From positions 1,280,001 to 1,344,000 of the forward strand of contig OZ244621.1 in assembly GCA_965218425.1 (NCBI GenBank): a stretch of DNA of 64,000 nt, written 5' to 3'. The notes below the pieces were generated by a model. The model did no database searches. It worked only from the letters and a program-made list of their open reading frames with translations, and was not told where the DNA came from. This document shows positions 62,434-64,000 of the stretch, piece by piece. A program made the translations under genes and the position numbers. The number at the start of each line of letters is the position of its first letter. Positions within the stretch are counted from its first letter, which is position 1. The stretch comes from an uncultured Candidatus Binatia bacterium. Its GTDB lineage: Bacteria > Desulfobacterota > Binatia > UBA9968 > CAXXLF01.

Positions 62434-63789
62434 TTAGTCCCCTGCCACGGTGAGGCGGGAAATCTTGACGGTGGGGGATGAAACCCGGTACCTCATATCA
62501 AGGTCTTTTCCCACCATCTCGATATTCATAAGCATATCCTTGAGGTTCCCAGCGATGGTCACCTCCTGCACCGGGTAGGCCAATTGCCCTCCCTCGATCC
62601 AGAGACCCGCCGCCCCGCGAGAGTAATCACCTGAGACCAGATTGACCCCAAAGCCAATCAATTCAGTTACATAAAATCCCTCGTCCACGGATCCGATGAT
62701 TTCCTCGGGACTGTGGGTCCCGGGGGAAAGGTAAAAATTGGTGGGTGCCACTCCAGGGGGGGCCCCCACGGATCGGGAGGCGTTTCCCGTGGACGGATAG
62801 CCAAGCTTTTTACCGCTGTAGGTATCCAGGAGGTAGCTCTGCAGAACACCTTTTTCCACGACTCTTTTTTCCGTAACGGGAAGCCCCTCACCGTCAAAGG
62901 GCTTGGACCCGAGGGCCCCATGGATAGTCCCGTCATCCACCACCGTTACACAGTTGGATGCTATTTGATTCCCAATCTTTCCCATTAGAAAAGAGGCGCC
63001 CTTATAGAGAGCATCGCCGGAGAGTCCCCGAGAAAGGTGACGCAAGAGGGAGGCGGCAGTTTCTGGATCAAAAATGACCGGCACCCCGCGGGTCTTGATC
63101 TTCCGTGCCCCCAAACGCCTCAGCACGCGCTCGGCTGCCTTCTGTCCCACCGCCTGAGGGGATTCGAGACGGGAAAACTTGCGCCGTGAAGAAAACCAAA
63201 AATCGCGCTGCATGGATCCATTGAACTTAGCCACCGGCGCAGCGGACAGACTGAAAGCCGAATCCTCATACTCGCCAGAAAAGCCGTTGCTATTGGCATA
63301 GATGAGGCGGCTAAATTGATTTGAGAATTCACCTCCCTCGGAATTGGTAATGCGCGGATCATAACCAAGGGCTTTTTCCTCCGCTTCCCGGGCAAGACGG
63401 ATTCTTTCCTCCACAGAAAGGGAACGGGCTTGGCCATCAAGCAGGTCTAGATCATCTATACCTTTTGCCAGTTCCTCCGGGCGGGGCAACCCACTGAACC
63501 GGTCAGGCACCGTGGCACGAGCCATCACGCAAGTATCATGAACGAGGTTATCCAAGGAGTCCCGGGAGATGTCAGAGGTGGAACCCGTGGCAGAACTTTG
63601 ACTGAAGAAGAGCCTTAGACCCAACCTTTTTTCCTGGGCCTGACTGATCTTTTCCACTTCTCCGAGCCGTACGGTCACGAAGAATGAATCACTTTCCACC
63701 ATGACCACATCCCCTTCGGTGGCCCCCTTCTTCTTTGCCTGAGCTAGGATTTCCCTGGCCAATTCCTGACTCAATTCTAAACGATCCAT
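62434..63789 (-). CDS. pmbA: TldD/PmbA family protein (PmbA/TldE subunit)
   Basis: VRLGEVEK, PFDGEG, STGNA, SGDYSRGA, TIAGNL. Confidence 0.93.
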   Translation of the reverse strand: MDRLELSQELAREILAQAKKKGATEGDVVMVESDSFFVTVRLGEVEKISQAQEKRLGLRLFFSQSSATGSTSDISRDSLDNLVHDTCVMARATVPDRFSGLPRPEELAKGIDDLDLLDGQARSLSVEERIRLAREAEEKALGYDPRITNSEGGEFSNQFSRLIYANSNGFSGEYEDSAFSLSAAPVAKFNGSMQRDFWFSSRRKFSRLESPQAVGQKAAERVLRRLGARKIKTRGVPVIFDPETAASLLRHLSRGLSGDALYKGASFLMGKIGNQIASNCVTVVDDGTIHGALGSKPFDGEGLPVTEKRVVEKGVLQSYLLDTYSGKKLGYPSTGNASRSVGAPPGVAPTNFYLSPGTHSPEEIIGSVDEGFYVTELIGFGVNLVSGDYSRGAAGLWIEGGQLAYPVQEVTIAGNLKDMLMNIEMVGKDLDMRYRVSSPTVKISRLTVAGD

Positions 63790-63809
63790 CAAATCACCTT
63801 TTTTCGTTC

Positions 63810-63980
63810 ACCTTGTCTATCTGATCCGTTTTATTGTTCCGGTCTGTTTAGTTCATTTTGTCCATTGCGTTTTTTTATTCTATTTCTTCGCTCTCGTTGA
63901 TATTGTTGATCTCCTGGATCCGGCCTACTTCATCAAACTCTAACGACCGAATGGACCGGATAGACTGAATGGACTAAAAA
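63810..63980. repeat. Inverted degenerate nonamer arrays
   Basis: GACCGAATG GACCGGATA GACTGAATG GACTAAAAA (63945-63980) with complementary-type units (GTTCCGGTC TGTTTAGTT CATTTTGTC) upstream. Confidence 0.55.
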
Positions 63981-64000
63981 CCGGGTTATTTAGAAGCTTT

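Overview
Bacterial chromosomal window, moderately GC-rich. The gene content (Geobacter-type PutA, class V aminotransferase-serA-purA, many ABC solute-binding proteins, CoA-transferase, amidohydrolase) suggests an uncultured deltaproteobacterial lineage such as Binatota; this is inference. The window holds the complete selenocysteine machinery: selA, selB, selD and tRNA-Sec (selC). It also holds two genes that the ORF track splits at an in-frame UGA followed by a G-loop SECIS-like hairpin: SelD itself (U17) and an OsmC/Ohr-family peroxiredoxin (U62) next to a WCGPC thioredoxin-TPR gene. A ZTP (pfl) riboswitch precedes the aminotransferase-serA-purA operon. A ~16-kb catabolic cluster (32.3-48 kb) encodes M24-fold proteins that lack the canonical metal ligands, a BNR propeller protein, a MetE catalytic-domain protein, cyclodeaminases, an LLM oxidoreductase, a CoA-transferase and ABC transport. 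Intergenic DNA carries a dispersed composite repeat family (7-, 9- and 10-mer periodic arrays, a conserved terminal motif, nested REP-like hairpins) and a long structured non-coding element. Many genes are broken by apparent microhomology deletions or single-base homopolymer slips (IS1380, ECF sigma, enolase, ABC permease, cupin, an apparent trmJ fusion), reflecting either genome decay or assembly error. All calls come from reading the sequence and recalling motifs; no database search was run.
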